From assembly GCA_963749155.1 (NCBI GenBank), contig CAVVLO010000002.1, forward strand, positions 448,001 through 512,000: DNA of 64,000 nucleotides. The letters are read 5' to 3'. How positions within the stretch are numbered: the stretch's first letter is position 1; every line of letters starts with the position of its first letter. The notes under the pieces were generated by a model, which saw only the letters and a program-made list of their open reading frames with translations, was not told where the DNA came from and searched no databases. This document shows positions 39,368 through 51,898 of the stretch, piece after piece. The DNA is from an uncultured Armatimonadia bacterium. Lineage in GTDB: Bacteria; Armatimonadota; Zipacnadia; CAVVLO01. The translations under genes were made by a program, and so were the position numbers.

Positions 39368-41998
39368 CTAACTGGCCTGGGCCGGAGTTATCTCGAGTGT
39401 TGCAACCTGCCACGGTTGCATTGTAAGGCTGGCTTCGCCCGAGCAAGTGGTTACCTCGCCGGGCAGCGCATCGCCCCTGAAGTCCAACAGGCGCGCAGAG
39501 GCTACCGCACAAGGCAGGCCAAGTCGCGCCTGCGCAGGCTTATCGGACAGGTTGACCAGGCGGGCAATAACTTTTTCGCCTTCGCGAGTCAGGGCGCTGA
39601 GCCGGACCCTGGGCGGCGTGAGGGAAACCAGTTCCGCCTCTTCGCCCAGGCGCGTTGCTGGCACATAGCAGGAGCGTATCGGTTGGCGCACCTGGTCAGC
39701 GGTCGCCGCAAGCGCCAGGGGCTCTGCCTCCTCACCTAGCAGCAACCGATGCTCGAACCGTTGCCTGCCTCCCACATCATATGTATCAGTGTAAGCCTCC
39801 CAGCCCTTCTCGAAAAGCCGGGTCTTCTGCGCCACGAAGTGGATGAGTCGCTTCGGGTCGCCATGATGTCGCCAGAAGCGGTCGCCATCAGCGGCAAGCA
39901 GCGCCAGCTTGCCCTGCTCGTCCTCGGCCGATACCCAGGTGCGTCCCCAGAAGAAGTTCGAGACCATCCGCTCGAACCGGCCGTAGGAGAGCGCCTTCAG
40001 ATTGCGCTCCTCAAAACCGAAGGGGATGTCCACTGTCAACTTCGCCTCGTCCTCAAGCGGCATCGCCAGGGCGATGAAGGCGTCTGTGATGTCCGCCGAA
40101 TCGAAGAACTGCAGTGTAGAGCGCGCTCCCGCCTCGCCTTTGTACAGGTCGATGTGCTGCATCACAAACCAGTTGCCTGCGGTCCCTCTCAAGGTAACGC
40201 GCCAGCGCAGCGGCCCTGCCTCATCGAGGCTGGCCTCGGTGGCGACGAAACCCTCAGGCTCATCCGGCAGCGATTCCATCAGCCAGGTGCCCCAGATCTC
40301 GCGGCTCGCGGGGTAATACACCGGCTCCAGGAAGCCCGTGCCTGCCGGCGCCTCGCGCACCAGCCCGGTCGCAAGGTCTTCGAGTCGCACCAGCTTGCCC
40401 TGGGCGAAGGAGAGCTTCATCCGGTCGCTTACAAGCTCGAAGCCTGCCAGGTCAAGCGACGTCCTGTCGGGGATGTTGTACTTGCGCTTCCAGTAGGGCG
40501 CCGTGTCGGCGTTGGTGATGACTTCGGCTTCGTGGCCAACCCGAGGGGCCGGCTCCCACTGCAGCGTCAAGGTCGTGTAGCCGCAACCAGGCAGACTGAC
40601 CTCGGCTAGCAGCTCCAGCTCGGAGTTGTTGACTGGATAGTTGGCCACCTGTATCTCGACTGGCCAGCCCTGGGCATCGGCAAGCCCTGTAAAGTCGCGC
40701 TCCAGATCGCCGCTGATTAGCCAGAGCGGCACAACTTCCTTGCGGGCTCCAGGCACTGGATTTACCACTGCGATGCCCGATGAGTCCATCGGCAACCTGC
40801 CGTCCACAAGCTGGGAGGCTGCCAACTGGGCCTGGGCTTCTGCTTTGGCGATTACGTTCATCAGCGCAAGCTCGCCCTCGTTCCAGTCCTGCCTGAATAC
40901 GAACTGCACCGCATGCGGCGTCCAGTCCATATAGTTTTCCCATTGGGTGATGAATTCAGCCTCGGGCCAGGCGCTACCTTTGGCCAGTGAAGCGAGGGTA
41001 GAAAGCGTCTCAGCCTCCACCAGCCTGCGGTCGCAGAGTTCGCGCAGCCACCAGATACCCCGCCGCCCCTTGTAAGCGGTGTTGTAGCTGACATCGGTGG
41101 GGTCAAGTATACGCTGCACGACCTGGAGTTTATCCTTCTGCACGTCAAGAGCGGCGAAGAACTCATCCGGGGTGCTGTAGCGCATCTGGCTGGGCATCCG
41201 CTCGTTCCATAAAGCCATCAGGGCAGGATAATCTGCCGGCTCATCGTTCCCCAGCAGGAAGCGCTCGGGGCGCGTGTCATCGCAGCCAACCGAGAGGGGT
41301 ATATCGGCAACTCCATCCTGGGCCATCAGGCCGCTGTAACTGGTCCAGATAGTCTCGGCGACCGCCGGCAGGTCGGTATCCCAGGTCGGCCCGTGGCGCT
41401 CCGACAGCAGGAAGAGTCCGCCATACATCCCGCGGCACATCAGAATCTCATCGCCCGAGAGGCCCTTCCAGAGCAAGTTCCGCGGCACGCCTTCCTCATC
41501 CAGCGTCTCGATGGGCCGGCCGGCGTAATAGGCCATATAACCCGCCAGATTCAGCAGTTGGGGCATCTGGGTATGCCCCAGCGTAACGTCCATATCGGCG
41601 TAGACACGGAAGGCTACCTCTGGACAGAACTCCTTCCACTTCGCCATACCGCGCTGGATGTTGCGGATGAAGGTCTCATTGCCTACATGGGTACTGCGGA
41701 CATTGCCATAATGGCCTCCGCACACCGCAAGCTGGCCTGTCCGGATGCGCTGCCGAACGTCATCCAGCCGACCAGGCCGAAGCTGCACATAATCGCGCAT
41801 GAGTTCGGTCCAGGTATCGATGTAATACCGGTATTCTGGCTTCTCAGCCATCAAATCCAGCACCTCATCGAGGGCTCGAACGTAGCGGTCGACATGCCAG
41901 GCGCGGGTATGTACCCAGGCAATATCGGCGTGGGTATAGGGTATTACGTGGATAGTGCCCACAAAATCTTCCGGTCTCACTTTGAACTGCTCATCCAT
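39368..41998 (-). CDS. GH38-family alpha-mannosidase-like protein (divergent)
   Basis: HVIPYTHADIAW, D..LGH.QMPQ, W.GLSG, RYSTPDEFF and RL.N...PWQVATL. RBS AGGAGG before ATG 41998. Confidence 0.75.
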   Translation of the reverse strand: MDEQFKVRPEDFVGTIHVIPYTHADIAWVHTRAWHVDRYVRALDEVLDLMAEKPEYRYYIDTWTELMRDYVQLRPGRLDDVRQRIRTGQLAVCGGHYGNVRSTHVGNETFIRNIQRGMAKWKEFCPEVAFRVYADMDVTLGHTQMPQLLNLAGYMAYYAGRPIETLDEEGVPRNLLWKGLSGDEILMCRGMYGGLFLLSERHGPTWDTDLPAVAETIWTSYSGLMAQDGVADIPLSVGCDDTRPERFLLGNDEPADYPALMALWNERMPSQMRYSTPDEFFAALDVQKDKLQVVQRILDPTDVSYNTAYKGRRGIWWLRELCDRRLVEAETLSTLASLAKGSAWPEAEFITQWENYMDWTPHAVQFVFRQDWNEGELALMNVIAKAEAQAQLAASQLVDGRLPMDSSGIAVVNPVPGARKEVVPLWLISGDLERDFTGLADAQGWPVEIQVANYPVNNSELELLAEVSLPGCGYTTLTLQWEPAPRVGHEAEVITNADTAPYWKRKYNIPDRTSLDLAGFELVSDRMKLSFAQGKLVRLEDLATGLVREAPAGTGFLEPVYYPASREIWGTWLMESLPDEPEGFVATEASLDEAGPLRWRVTLRGTAGNWFVMQHIDLYKGEAGARSTLQFFDSADITDAFIALAMPLEDEAKLTVDIPFGFEERNLKALSYGRFERMVSNFFWGRTWVSAEDEQGKLALLAADGDRFWRHHGDPKRLIHFVAQKTRLFEKGWEAYTDTYDVGGRQRFEHRLLLGEEAEPLALAATADQVRQPIRSCYVPATRLGEEAELVSLTPPRVRLSALTREGEKVIARLVNLSDKPAQARLGLPCAVASARLLDFRGDALPGEVTTCSGEASLTMQPWQVATLEITPAQAS

Positions 41999-42034
41999 TT
42001 CGTGGTCCTCCTGCTTCAACGCTTCCAGCACTAG

Positions 42035-42087
42035 TTCACGCCTGAGGCGAAATTCCTGCCAGCAGGCTTCCAGCTAATAAAGGCGAA
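42035..42087. promoter_or_regulatory. Back-to-back divergent sigma-H-like promoter pair
   Basis: Plus strand GCAGG-N17-CGAA (42062-42087) and minus strand GCAGG-N16-TGAA (42059-42035). Central CCTGC-CA-GCAGG. Confidence 0.65.
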
Positions 42088-42120
42088 ATTGCCCCAATTG
42101 TTATCTGTCTGGAGGCCTAT

Positions 42121-44950
42121 ATGGACGCGTTACGCTGGCTGGCAGTCTGCCTGGTGATAATGCTTCTCCCCGCGCTGGCAGCCTTTGGCGCAAGACCGCT
42201 TACCGAAGAGGTCGTGCTTTTCGAAGGGAGCCAGGCAACCAGAGAGCAACCGGCCAGTGCCACCTTCAGCCTGCCAGAGCGCTCACTGCGTTCAGCCGAG
42301 TTGCTAGTGACAGTCTCCGGCTACGCAGAAGGCGTTGGGGGTTCGCTCTGGTTCGAGCTGGACGGGATTGGCGGGCTTGTCTCCTCGGGCCTTGCACCAA
42401 GCTTTGCCGAGGGCTGGCTAGAGCCGGGGCCTGACCGCGAGCTTGCCTTCGACCTGGGCCGGCGTTTCCGGATGGAACACTCGAAACGCAGCAACTATGT
42501 AGTCGTCACGGACGCTGGCGATGCTCTCTTGGTGGATTATCTCGGACCAGCTAGCTGTGCCTGGCGAGCATTCAATCCGCTGCTATCTGGCTGATCCAGC
42601 GGCTGGCCCTGTCAAGCTCTCGGCGAAGCTGCGTCTGACCTACGGCAGACGCCCACTTCTGGCACCTCCTTCTCCACTGAAGCTTGTAACCGATGCGCCC
42701 GAGGGAGATCCCCGCTTCCGTATCGCCTTTGACCGGCTCGAGGCAAGCGGCCGAGGCGCCAGCGCTAGAGGGCTGCGCTTTCTATGTTGGCAAGTCGGTT
42801 GCAGCCCCCTTTGTGAAGCCTGCCGACCTGGAGGGACTTGGTCGAGAAGGCTATCTCATCAAGACTACCAAGACCGCTGGAAGCACCACTTACCTTGTCA
42901 CCGGCACCGACTGGCAGGGCATCGCCTATGGCGCGGTGCGCCTCGCGCGCCTGCTGCTTGCTAGTCCAGAGGCTGCCCAGGTAAATCTGAAGCTTAACCC
43001 AGCACTCCCCCTTCGCGAGGAGTATGAAGAACATAACTGGGGCAACCCGGGCGACCTGGCACGTTACAAGCTGCTGCTGGACCGATATTTCGAGGAAGGC
43101 ATCAATGTGATGAACCTTCCCACGAGCTGGTATGACGCGCCCCCTGAGTATTTCACAGGCGAGTCGAAATACACCTGGGAGAACTGGGATACTGTTCATC
43201 AGACAATTGCCTACGCCCATTCGCTGGGCATCCAGGTGTGGCTTGTAGAAGACCCCTACCTCAACCCTCTGGCTCTGCAACCTGCCGAGACCCTCAAGGC
43301 ACCCCCGCACGAGGAATGGGAGTGGCTTGGCCAGAGCAACCAGCGCGATAATTTTATGATGTGCCTGTCAGCGCCCTTCAGCCTCGAACTGCTGGCTGCG
43401 CACCGGCGCCAGGTCTGGAGCCGCTTCCCGGATGCCGATGGGGTGCTTATCTACTTCGGCGATCCAGGTGGTTGCTGGCATCCCCAGTGCCTGCCCCACG
43501 GCAAGAAGAACCTCGAACTGCTGCGCGACTTCTACGAGCCGCTGGCCCAGGAGGTAAATCCTGCCCTCAAGCTGCGCGTGACGACCTGGGGCCTCAGCCT
43601 GGAGGATACAGCCTACCTGGTAGACCATCTGGACGACTTCCCCGAGCGCGTTGTGGGGCTGCAGATACCCCCCACGGCGATGAGGCCAGGCACCTATCTG
43701 ACTTTCGAGCCCGAACGCGCCGCTCTTAATCAGACGGCTTCCGAGAAGCTGCCTGTCGTGTTACAGCAGTTTCACGAGGGAGTCGGTTTCCAGGACGCCT
43801 GGGTAGATGGCTGGGAGCATCCGATGCCTCGTCAGATGACCACCAATTTCCGTGGAGTCTGGGAGCCGGGCAGCTCGCTCGCCGGTAATTACGGCAGCCC
43901 CTTCGAGCTGTCGCACCAGCTTGTTGACCTGCGCATCGGGATGGAATGGGGCTGGTTCCCCGAAGAGGAGGCCTCAGCCCTCCTGCGCCAGTTCGGCGAT
44001 GAGCAGTTCGGCCCTGGAGTGGGGCCTGACTTCGCCCGCGCGATGCAGCTTATGGAGGACTACTGGGCCGCCGAGGCGCGCCGCTTCCACTTTGACACCA
44101 ACAGGCTGACCGATCAGCAATTAGCCCAGGTAAAAAAGTCGCTCGGAATCGCCCAGAAAGCTCGCGCAAGTCTACTTGCAGCAGGACCAAAAGTGACCAG
44201 CGCTTGCCTCTCTACTACAAGGGCTTCGTGGACCTTGCCATCCTGATGGAGCTTGGCGCGACCGTCAACCTGAAACGCGAGGAGGCCTTGCGGCTGTCCG
44301 AGGCGCGCCGGCTCGAGGAAGCGACAGTCGCCGCCGAGGAGGCGCTCCTTGCAAGTCAGCAGGTCGTTCAACTCGCTACGGCTTCGGAGCGTTATAACTG
44401 GCTGACAGGGCATCCCTGGTGGCGTGACAGTTGGGCTATCGGCAAGCGGCCGGCAGCGCTGGAGGCGCTGGTCGAGCAGGTGCGCCACCCAGTTAACTGG
44501 ATAGAGGTGCCTCTGGCTGCGCCAGAACTGACCGCTGAGGGCTGGGAGCCAGTCGGCGAAGGCACGGTAGAGTTCACCCGCACAGGCCCCAAAGGCGCGT
44601 CCGCTGCCGTGCTGACGGTCGAGGCAAGTGACACCTGGGCGCTAATCGAGCCCAGGCAGTTCTTGAATCCGCCTTCGGGCGAGGTCTGGCGCGTCGAGTT
44701 GGACGCCCAGGTGCTCTCGGGGGTTGCGATGGTCTATGCGGACTGGTTCGGCGCTTCTACAATAACCGACGGGGTAAATATCGATATCGGTTTTTACCCA
44801 GATAAAAAGTGGCATACCTACCGGCTCGATGTGCCTGTGCCCCCCAATCCAGAGGGCGCGCCGCTGACCTTGCGTCTGGTCGCCTACGGCACGCCCCATA
44901 AGGTGGCGCTTTCCAGGGTGCGCATCTTCAGGCCGGAAGCTCGCCCTTAG
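42121..44950 (+). CDS. Secreted multidomain putative glycoside hydrolase (frameshifts near 42545, 42750 and 44205)
   Basis: RBS GGAGG and signal peptide. EGYLIK, G.AYG, YAHSLGI and GDPGG. Four overlapping ORF pieces read as one protein of about 940 aa. Confidence 0.6.
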
Positions 44951-47900
44951 AAACGCGCAATTATCGTGAGCGGCCCGTCCCAGTCTCTCAAGCGCACGGT
45001 GCCTGTTGCCGCGTCGAAATCGCGCCAGGGCACGCCGTCTACGGTTACCGAGACGATAGGCTTGTCATCCGGGTGGCGCAGCCGCACTACCAGTGCCTCG
45101 GGCTTCTCGCGGGTCGGCGGGGTGATCTCGGCTTCGATATAGCCCTCGTCTGTATGCGAGGTAATTGTGTAGGAGACCTCTCCATAAAAGGTCGGCAACC
45201 GCTTCACGCTGACCTGCTGGCCCTCTCGCAGCCATTGACTGCTGAGGAAAGGTGCTAGCCACAGGTCTTTATCGCGCTCCACCACAAAGAAATAGCGGGT
45301 CACCTGCAAGAAGCTGCCGGTGTCGGCCGACTTGTTCCAGACACTGGCCCAGGGATTCTCGTAGACCGAGCCATCCTCCAGGTTGCACATCGCCGCGATG
45401 GCGTTGAGGCTCGTGCGGACGAAGGCCTTCACATCATCGCGCGCAACGCACACCTCGGGATAACCGCCGTAGTAGGGCTGGGCCCTGGGGAAGCCAGCGC
45501 GCCCGAACCAGTCGGCCTCGCTTTCTTCCGTCGGGAAGTGTCCTGGCACGCCGATAGAGTCGCCACTGTCGAAGAAGCGCCGGTCCTCCAGATAGTTGGC
45601 CATCCAGTCGAGCTGTTCGGAGCCTGGCTCGAAGATGCCCATCTCGCTCATATGCATAGAGCCGACTTCCACATCGTAGAGGCTGATATTGACCCTCGGA
45701 TGGAAGGCCTGGATCTCGTCAGGCTTGCCAAGCTGGAAGGGCGAGATAGGCGCCCAGGTGCCATCGCGCAAGGCCACGATGGGTGACTGGGCCTGGGTCT
45801 GCTTGTAACCGCGCAGGATGGCCTTCTGCAGCTCGCCGGCCGCCTTGAGGAAGCCTTCGGCCTTCGGGTTGTCCAGTCGCTCCAGCGCCTCCGCCATCTG
45901 GGTCAGTCCCGCACAGTAGTAGGCCTGCATCACGAACCCATAACCCCAGTCCTGCCAGTCAGCGATGGTGCCAGGGGGCAGGAAGCCCCACTCGGGCCGC
46001 CGGTTGCCTCGCGCATCGGGCACTTTGGTCTTCTCGGTCTGGTCCACGACCCACTGACAGGTGCGGACGATCTCGGCCTCGTTAGCCCTCAGCCACGCCT
46101 CATCAGCAGTCAAACGATAATGGTCCGCCAGGCACCACAGATGCAGGCCCGTCCCGACGAGGTTGTAACCCCACGACATATACCCCTCGGGCCGGTGGTT
46201 GGCGAGGAAGAAGTCCAGTGAGCGCTTCGCGAAATCTTCGAGGCCCCACTCATCGAGGCCCCGGATAATCCAGTGAGATTCACTATCCAGCGCGCCATAA
46301 TAGGCGGCCGCTATCCACGGCACCACCAGTTGACCTTCGTTGTCGACATTGCGTCCCGCCAGCACGCAGTGCATCGCGGCCGACCTGATAACATCGGCGA
46401 AGTCGCTCTCGGGCAGTTCGATCTCGGCCATCTGCCCCATCAGGGCTTCCCAATAGGCGACTGTCGCCGAGTGCAGCCCTTCACTGTCGGCAAGCACGGC
46501 TTGCTCATGCGACAGGCAGCTGCCACTCCAGCGGCGCATAGGCGACCACTTTGACCGAGGCGCCAGGAGCAAGCTGGCCAGTCCAGGTCGCTTTGCCCCC
46601 GTCGAGCTGGCAGGCAAGACCAGGCGCGCCTTCTCCATCGAAGACCGCCACGAAGCCCTCGGTACTGGTTGCGACTACGCGGTCTCCGACGGCTTCCAAC
46701 CTGGTCGGAACCGTGTTGTATTTCGGGTTCATATGGATTTCGGTATAGGGATAGACTCCAATCACGGTGCCCGGATCGGCATACTGGTTGTCTACGAGGT
46801 CGAGCTGCAGGCTAACCTCGGCGGCGGAATCTGTCGTGTTGGTCACCGTATATTCGGCCACTGCGACCGGTTTGTCATAAAGCCACGGTCCGCCGTGTTC
46901 GGGCGAGCGGGGGGCCCCGAAGGGCGCAACATAGGCCCGTTCTCCATACACCACGCCGTCCTCATCCAGGCGGATAACCGGCACAGGCAGGTCAGGAGCT
47001 TCCAGCTTCCGAGAATAACCTGGCACCACGCCAGCGCCTTCCCCATCGAGGATAAGGTTGTGCCCAGTGCCAAGCTTTGGCGTCAGATAATAGCGCCAGT
47101 AAATCTGATAATGGGTAAGCGAGAGCGGCGCCCCGAAGCGGATTGTCCCGTTGCGGTCCATCCGCAGCTTGCGGTTGTCCCAGCCAAGTGACAGCAGAGT
47201 CGAAGACCTGTTCTGCTGGGGGCGATAATTGGACTCGAGCGCCCCTGCGAAGCTCTGGTCAGGCTTCTCTTGCACCTTTTCGAGGATCGTCTGCTTGCCC
47301 GCGATGGAGGCCAGATAAGCCTGCAAGTCCTGCTGGCAGCCTGAGCCTGCCGCGTAGACACCGGCGTCGGCCATCCAGACAGGCGATGGGCCTAGCAGGT
47401 CGTCCACGGCGATACCGAAGGCCAGTTTGGGCGTCTTCAGCCGCAGCACAGTGCGGTCGAGCTTCCAGGGCCGGGGCGTCGTGTAGCGGACAGTCAACGC
47501 AAGGGGCTTCGACATATCCCACTCGACCTCATCGCGCCACTGCCCGTCCACAAGAAAGTCGCCGTTGTAGCTGGCCACCTGCGCTTTGCCCTTGCCGGTT
47601 GAGGTGAGAGTTATTTTTTCCTCTTCCCAGCGCGAGGTCGTCTCGGCGAGGAAGCCCTTCACCTGCACTGGCCCGGCGCCTTCGAACACCCAGCGGAACT
47701 TCAGGCACTTCAGCGGACACCTCGGGGTCGAGGCTGCTCAGGATTTCGGCGCGCCAGGTTGTTCCGTCAGCCACAAGGGGCGCGTGGAGTTGCTCCCATT
47801 TGCCCTGCCAGAGCGAGTATTCCGAGAGGCCTGTAGTGCTCTTGCGCACCCAGGCTTCCAGCCGGCACCTGGTGATATCCGGCATCGAGGCGGCATCCGG

Positions 47901-48638
47901 AAAGACAATCCCCACGCGCTTAAGTCTGCGCGGAGTCGCCCATTCGAGGCCAAGGCAGCGCTTGCCCTCAGCATAAGCCGGAGCGCTATACAGCCCCTGC
48001 TTCGGCAGCACTTCGGTGGCGAGGTAGAGGTCTTCAGCCGGAAACTCCGTCAGTCTGTCCACCCGCACGCCATCCATCCGGGCGGGATCCCAGGTCATCA
48101 CGGTCGCATAACGCGCAACGTCCACGGGCGCCTGACGCTTTGAGGCGCGGGTTGGTTCAAGCTCCGCGTTCGCAAAGACGGCAGTGCCCCCACCGCCGAA
48201 GGTGACGAGCTTCAGCAGTTTTACACCTGCGAGGGAGAGCGTGACAGATTTCGGCGCGTCGCTCTCGGCAAGCGGCCCACTATCGAAGACAACCTCTCCA
48301 TCGGCAAGCGCTCTGATGGTAACAGGCACCGGGGCGCCGCTAGCCTGCTGGACTCCAACAAGCGTAGAGAATCGGCTGTATTGGCCGTCCACCGATACGT
48401 CTAGCGAAATCGGCACCGGCAGGGCTACGCCAGAGGAGTATTCCTTCCCAGCAATTACAAGAGGAGCGCCCTCGGGCGTAGCGTTCAGCCCCAGCGGCAC
48501 CAGGAAAGGCGAGACGCTGCCCGAGTTGAGACTGATCCCGAGCACTCGGTCTGATAACGGTTCGGGCCGGCCTGCGGCAGCCGCCGTAATAATCAGCAAC
48601 ACAACAAGTCCAATCAAGAGCAACGGCATCGCGTTCAA
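44947..48638 (-). CDS. Secreted NPCBM-domain protein with C-terminal (alpha/alpha)6-barrel glycosidase-like domain (frameshifts near 47712 and 46520)
   Basis: NPCBM-like IAGKEY..G, Y.RF...VG, ADGEV.FDSG. The C-terminus has G..LW....HY.LT.D..WL, typical of six-hairpin glycosidases. Confidence 0.65.
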
Positions 48639-48677
48639 GAAGATCGCCTCCGAAGCGAAGAGCTTTCGGCGGCAAGG

Positions 48678-48703
48678 TTCACCAGACAAGGAGAAGCCCC
48701 TGC
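48678..48703 (-). promoter_or_regulatory. Sigma-H-like promoter
   Basis: GCAGG-N17-TGAA about 40 nt upstream of the NPCBM gene start. Confidence 0.6.
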
Positions 48704-48726
48704 AGACGTGGCCTTGTTTTACAAGG

Positions 48727-51700
48727 TCAGTTCCCCTGATATCTTCGATTCAGCGGATCTTCTACTTGCTTGCCCGACCAGAACAACTCCAGCAGATCCT
48801 CTAGCGTGCAGGTGCCATCGCGTGTGGAGTTGATGTCCCACCGCCATGTGCCGTCAGGCGCCTGGAATACGCTCTTGGCGCGTTTGATGGCATCGGTGAG
48901 TTGCTCCTCCCAGGCCTTGTAGAACTCGTAGTTGGCCTGATTGCCCAGGATCTGAACCAGGTCATCCCAGGCTTGCTGGTCTGACTGGTTCAAGGTGATG
49001 GCGGCCCGCAGGTGAGTGACCGCCAGGCTTGCAGCCTCTCCGGGCCTGAGCTCTTCAAGGGCCTTCTCCCCCATCAATTCTACTGCCACCTGACGGTGCA
49101 GCCCGGCCTTGCAGAAGTCTTCGTCCAGGATACGCAACGCTACTGCCAAAGGGCAGTCGCGTCGCTTGCGCGCAAGGTCACGAAGTGGACCGATATCATC
49201 CGTCTCTGGCGACCATATGAACTGGTCGCTGAGGAATACCACCATCAGGGGCAGCAACCCTTCTGGAGTCTCATACCGGCTCGGTACCTTGGTCACGGGC
49301 GGGCGTGAGAGGAAGTCCTTGTACTGGCGATCTTTTCGTTCCCATATTCCCCTTACCCGGAGTTCACGCTGCAGGTCCCGGTCTTTGGTCAATTCCGCAT
49401 ACTTGCCCACAGCCTCGGTCAGAGGCTTTGGATCCTCCAGCCAGGGCGTCATCAGATCGAGCCACTGGGTCAGGTACTCGAGGGGCGGGTGTTCCACGCG
49501 GATGGGCCGATTGCTCAGGTCGTCAAGGAGTAAGGTCAGCCTGCCCAGCCACAGGGGGGTCCAGAGCATCATCAGTGCCCCAAGCAGAGAGCCCCGAACC
49601 TCCTGCAACTGCTCGCCGGAGGGAGGCTCGGAGTAATTCGCGAGTTGCTTGCTCAGGTATTCGAAGGCGCCGCGAGAGGCGCTCTCAAGGTCGGGATTTC
49701 CCCCTGCCCCGTTCAGCATCAGTCCCCAGGCCCTCTCGCACTGGTGGAGGGCCGAAGCCGGTCTCGGGCGCCAGGAGAACCTGGCTTGCAGGACTTCTGG
49801 TACCTGCTCCCACAAGGGTACAAGTGGCAGCAGGTCGAATTCGGCACACTCTGCAAGCTTCGGCGCCAGCGCCTCGAGCGTCGCTTTCGCGGTTGCATCG
49901 CGGCGCTCTGGGCCGGCCAGTTCGGCAAGCTGGGCCAGCTTTACAGCCTGCTCGGTGTCACACCAGTTGACTTGAGCACAGAGCACGGGCAGCAACTCGG
50001 CCCACAGTGGTTCGCGCCACTCGGCGGGGGTACCCTCTACAGCCTTGGCCGCGTCTTTGACCATCGCGATGATAAGGGGGTAGCAATGCTCCGCCCAGTC
50101 CCGAAGCCGCCCTTCGAGGGCCTCCATCTGCGCCTCTTGCGGAAGAGAGTCGAGTCCCGTGAAGGCTTCGGTGGTGGGCTCGCAGCTCGAATACCACGCG
50201 AGCGCCTTCGCCCACAGCTCCTCCCAGCCGGGCTTGTCGCGGTAAAGGGCCGAAAACTTGAGTGCCGCCACCATATCACCTGGCGATATAGTAGCTTCGG
50301 AGAGCCTCTGCTGTACCAGAGGCAGCAGCCAGCTTGCTGTCCATTCTGGCAGGCGCTGCCCAGCAGGACCAGCCAGTTCGCTGACATCAAGACACAGGCT
50401 GAGTTCACCTCTGGCCTTGATGCGGTAGTCGAGTAGCAGTTGCAATCCTCTGGCCAGTCGGGCCTCGTCCTGGCAGCGCTCTACCAGGTTGTGGAGCAGT
50501 CCCGAGTCCACATAAAGACCAAGTTGGGGCAGCAACTCGACCCCGCGTTCTGGATCGCCCGACTCGGCATACCACTGCACCACGCTCGCCCAACGAGATT
50601 CGTCGCGGCTGCCTGTGAGCGCCTGCTCCCCTGTGCGCGCTGCCCACAGGTACCACTGGCGCTTGTGTTCGGGATCAGTTGAGTTCTGCGCGTTAATCGC
50701 CCCCTGGCAGGCCTCGGTGTAAAGCTCATCGTCTTTCTTGGGTTTGGCTGTCGACTTCCCCAACTGGTCACTCTTTTCAGTAATCCATTTACTGAGCCCA
50801 CTGAACTGCTTGTCCAGCTCTTTCTTAAAGTCGTCCAAAGCCTTATTCCCCCTCTCCCAGTTCGCCACGCGCCGCCTTCATACGGCGCTCCGTATCTATC
50901 GCTTTGAAATGAGCCAGACACTCCCTGTGAACCCGGATGGGCTCGTCCTGCCAACCCCATTGCTCGTGAAGAGGGGGCTGCCCCTCGACCACCTGGGGCC
51001 CTGTCGGCAGGAACCTCGGCGCAAGCCACCGCTGCCCTTCGCCGCAGTTCCAGCAGGCGGTCAGCCCACAGACTGGGCACTTGGTATGGTCCAGGTCACC
51101 CTCGCAGCAGTGACAACCATATCCGTGCCTTCGGGCCTCCTCCTCACGAGTCACACGATATTCCTCATCGGCGCGTCTTGTCTCACGTTCCAGTGACGCA
51201 AGCCTGCGATTCAGCGCTACCCAAAACTCGGGGCTCTCGGCCTTGGGCACCAGGGCAATCAACGCCTGCAATTCGGTTTTGCCTTCCTGGCTTCGGTCCC
51301 AATCTGGCAGGAGAGGCGCAATCGTTTGAGCCGCCTCTCCGCCCCGCCCCTCGCGCGCCAGCTTGAGCGCGTCGGTGATGAGCTTCTGGCGCTTCACTTC
51401 GCTGAGGTTTGTACCGATGACAAGTAGCGACCAGAGGAAGACAATCCCCGGTATGATTTGCCCCTTCGAACCCAGGGCGACAGCTAGGCAGGCAGGTCAA
51501 CCCCAACACGCTCCAGACCAGCACATGGACCCGGATGGCGAGTTCACCGCTAAGGCGCGAGCGTTTGGAGCCGCTCAGAATCAATGCCCAGTAGAGTGCG
51601 CCGATGAGCAGCCAGGCGAAGCCCCCGACAAAGGGCACTAGAAACGCGGCAAGCAGGAAGCAGAAGGTCAGCAGGAGATGGAGCAGCGGGTAGGGCACTT

Positions 51701-51776
51701 CCGAAACCGATAAGATAAAGGCGAGCCGGTGCGCCAAAGACGCAAACGGGCTGCTGTGGCCGTGAGGCTCTCCCAT
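48727..51776 (-). CDS. Probable single protein of about 1000 aa: N-terminal TM helices, FYVE-like zinc finger, long alpha-helical/TPR-like region (frameshifts near 51490 and 50870)
   Basis: GGAGG-7nt-ATG at 51776. The hydrophobic ORF joins, after a +1 shift, LAVALGSKGQIIPGIVFLWSLLVIG-TNLSEVKRQK, which is in frame with ORF 51397-50843. That ORF overlaps the 713-aa ORF, which lacks a convincing RBS. Confidence 0.55.
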
Positions 51777-51898
51777 AGTTTTTCCTCCACTCGGGCCAGT
51801 TCCATCTTATCATATACCTCAACCGTCAAATCGCCTCAGCAAGACGGCCTGAGACTGCAGGAAAAGTCTGGCCACAAGCACCCTATCGCGGAGTCGCA

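Noticed and set aside
48645..48673. Weak hairpin over the RBS of the NPCBM gene as a possible riboswitch
   Set aside because: Short and imperfect, in a leader too small for a known aptamer.
51777..51898. Alternative start at ATG 51813, a small hairpin and a plus-strand GCAGG
   Set aside because: ATG 51776 has a better RBS and needs no extra frameshift. The GCAGG has no GAA partner and faces no gene.
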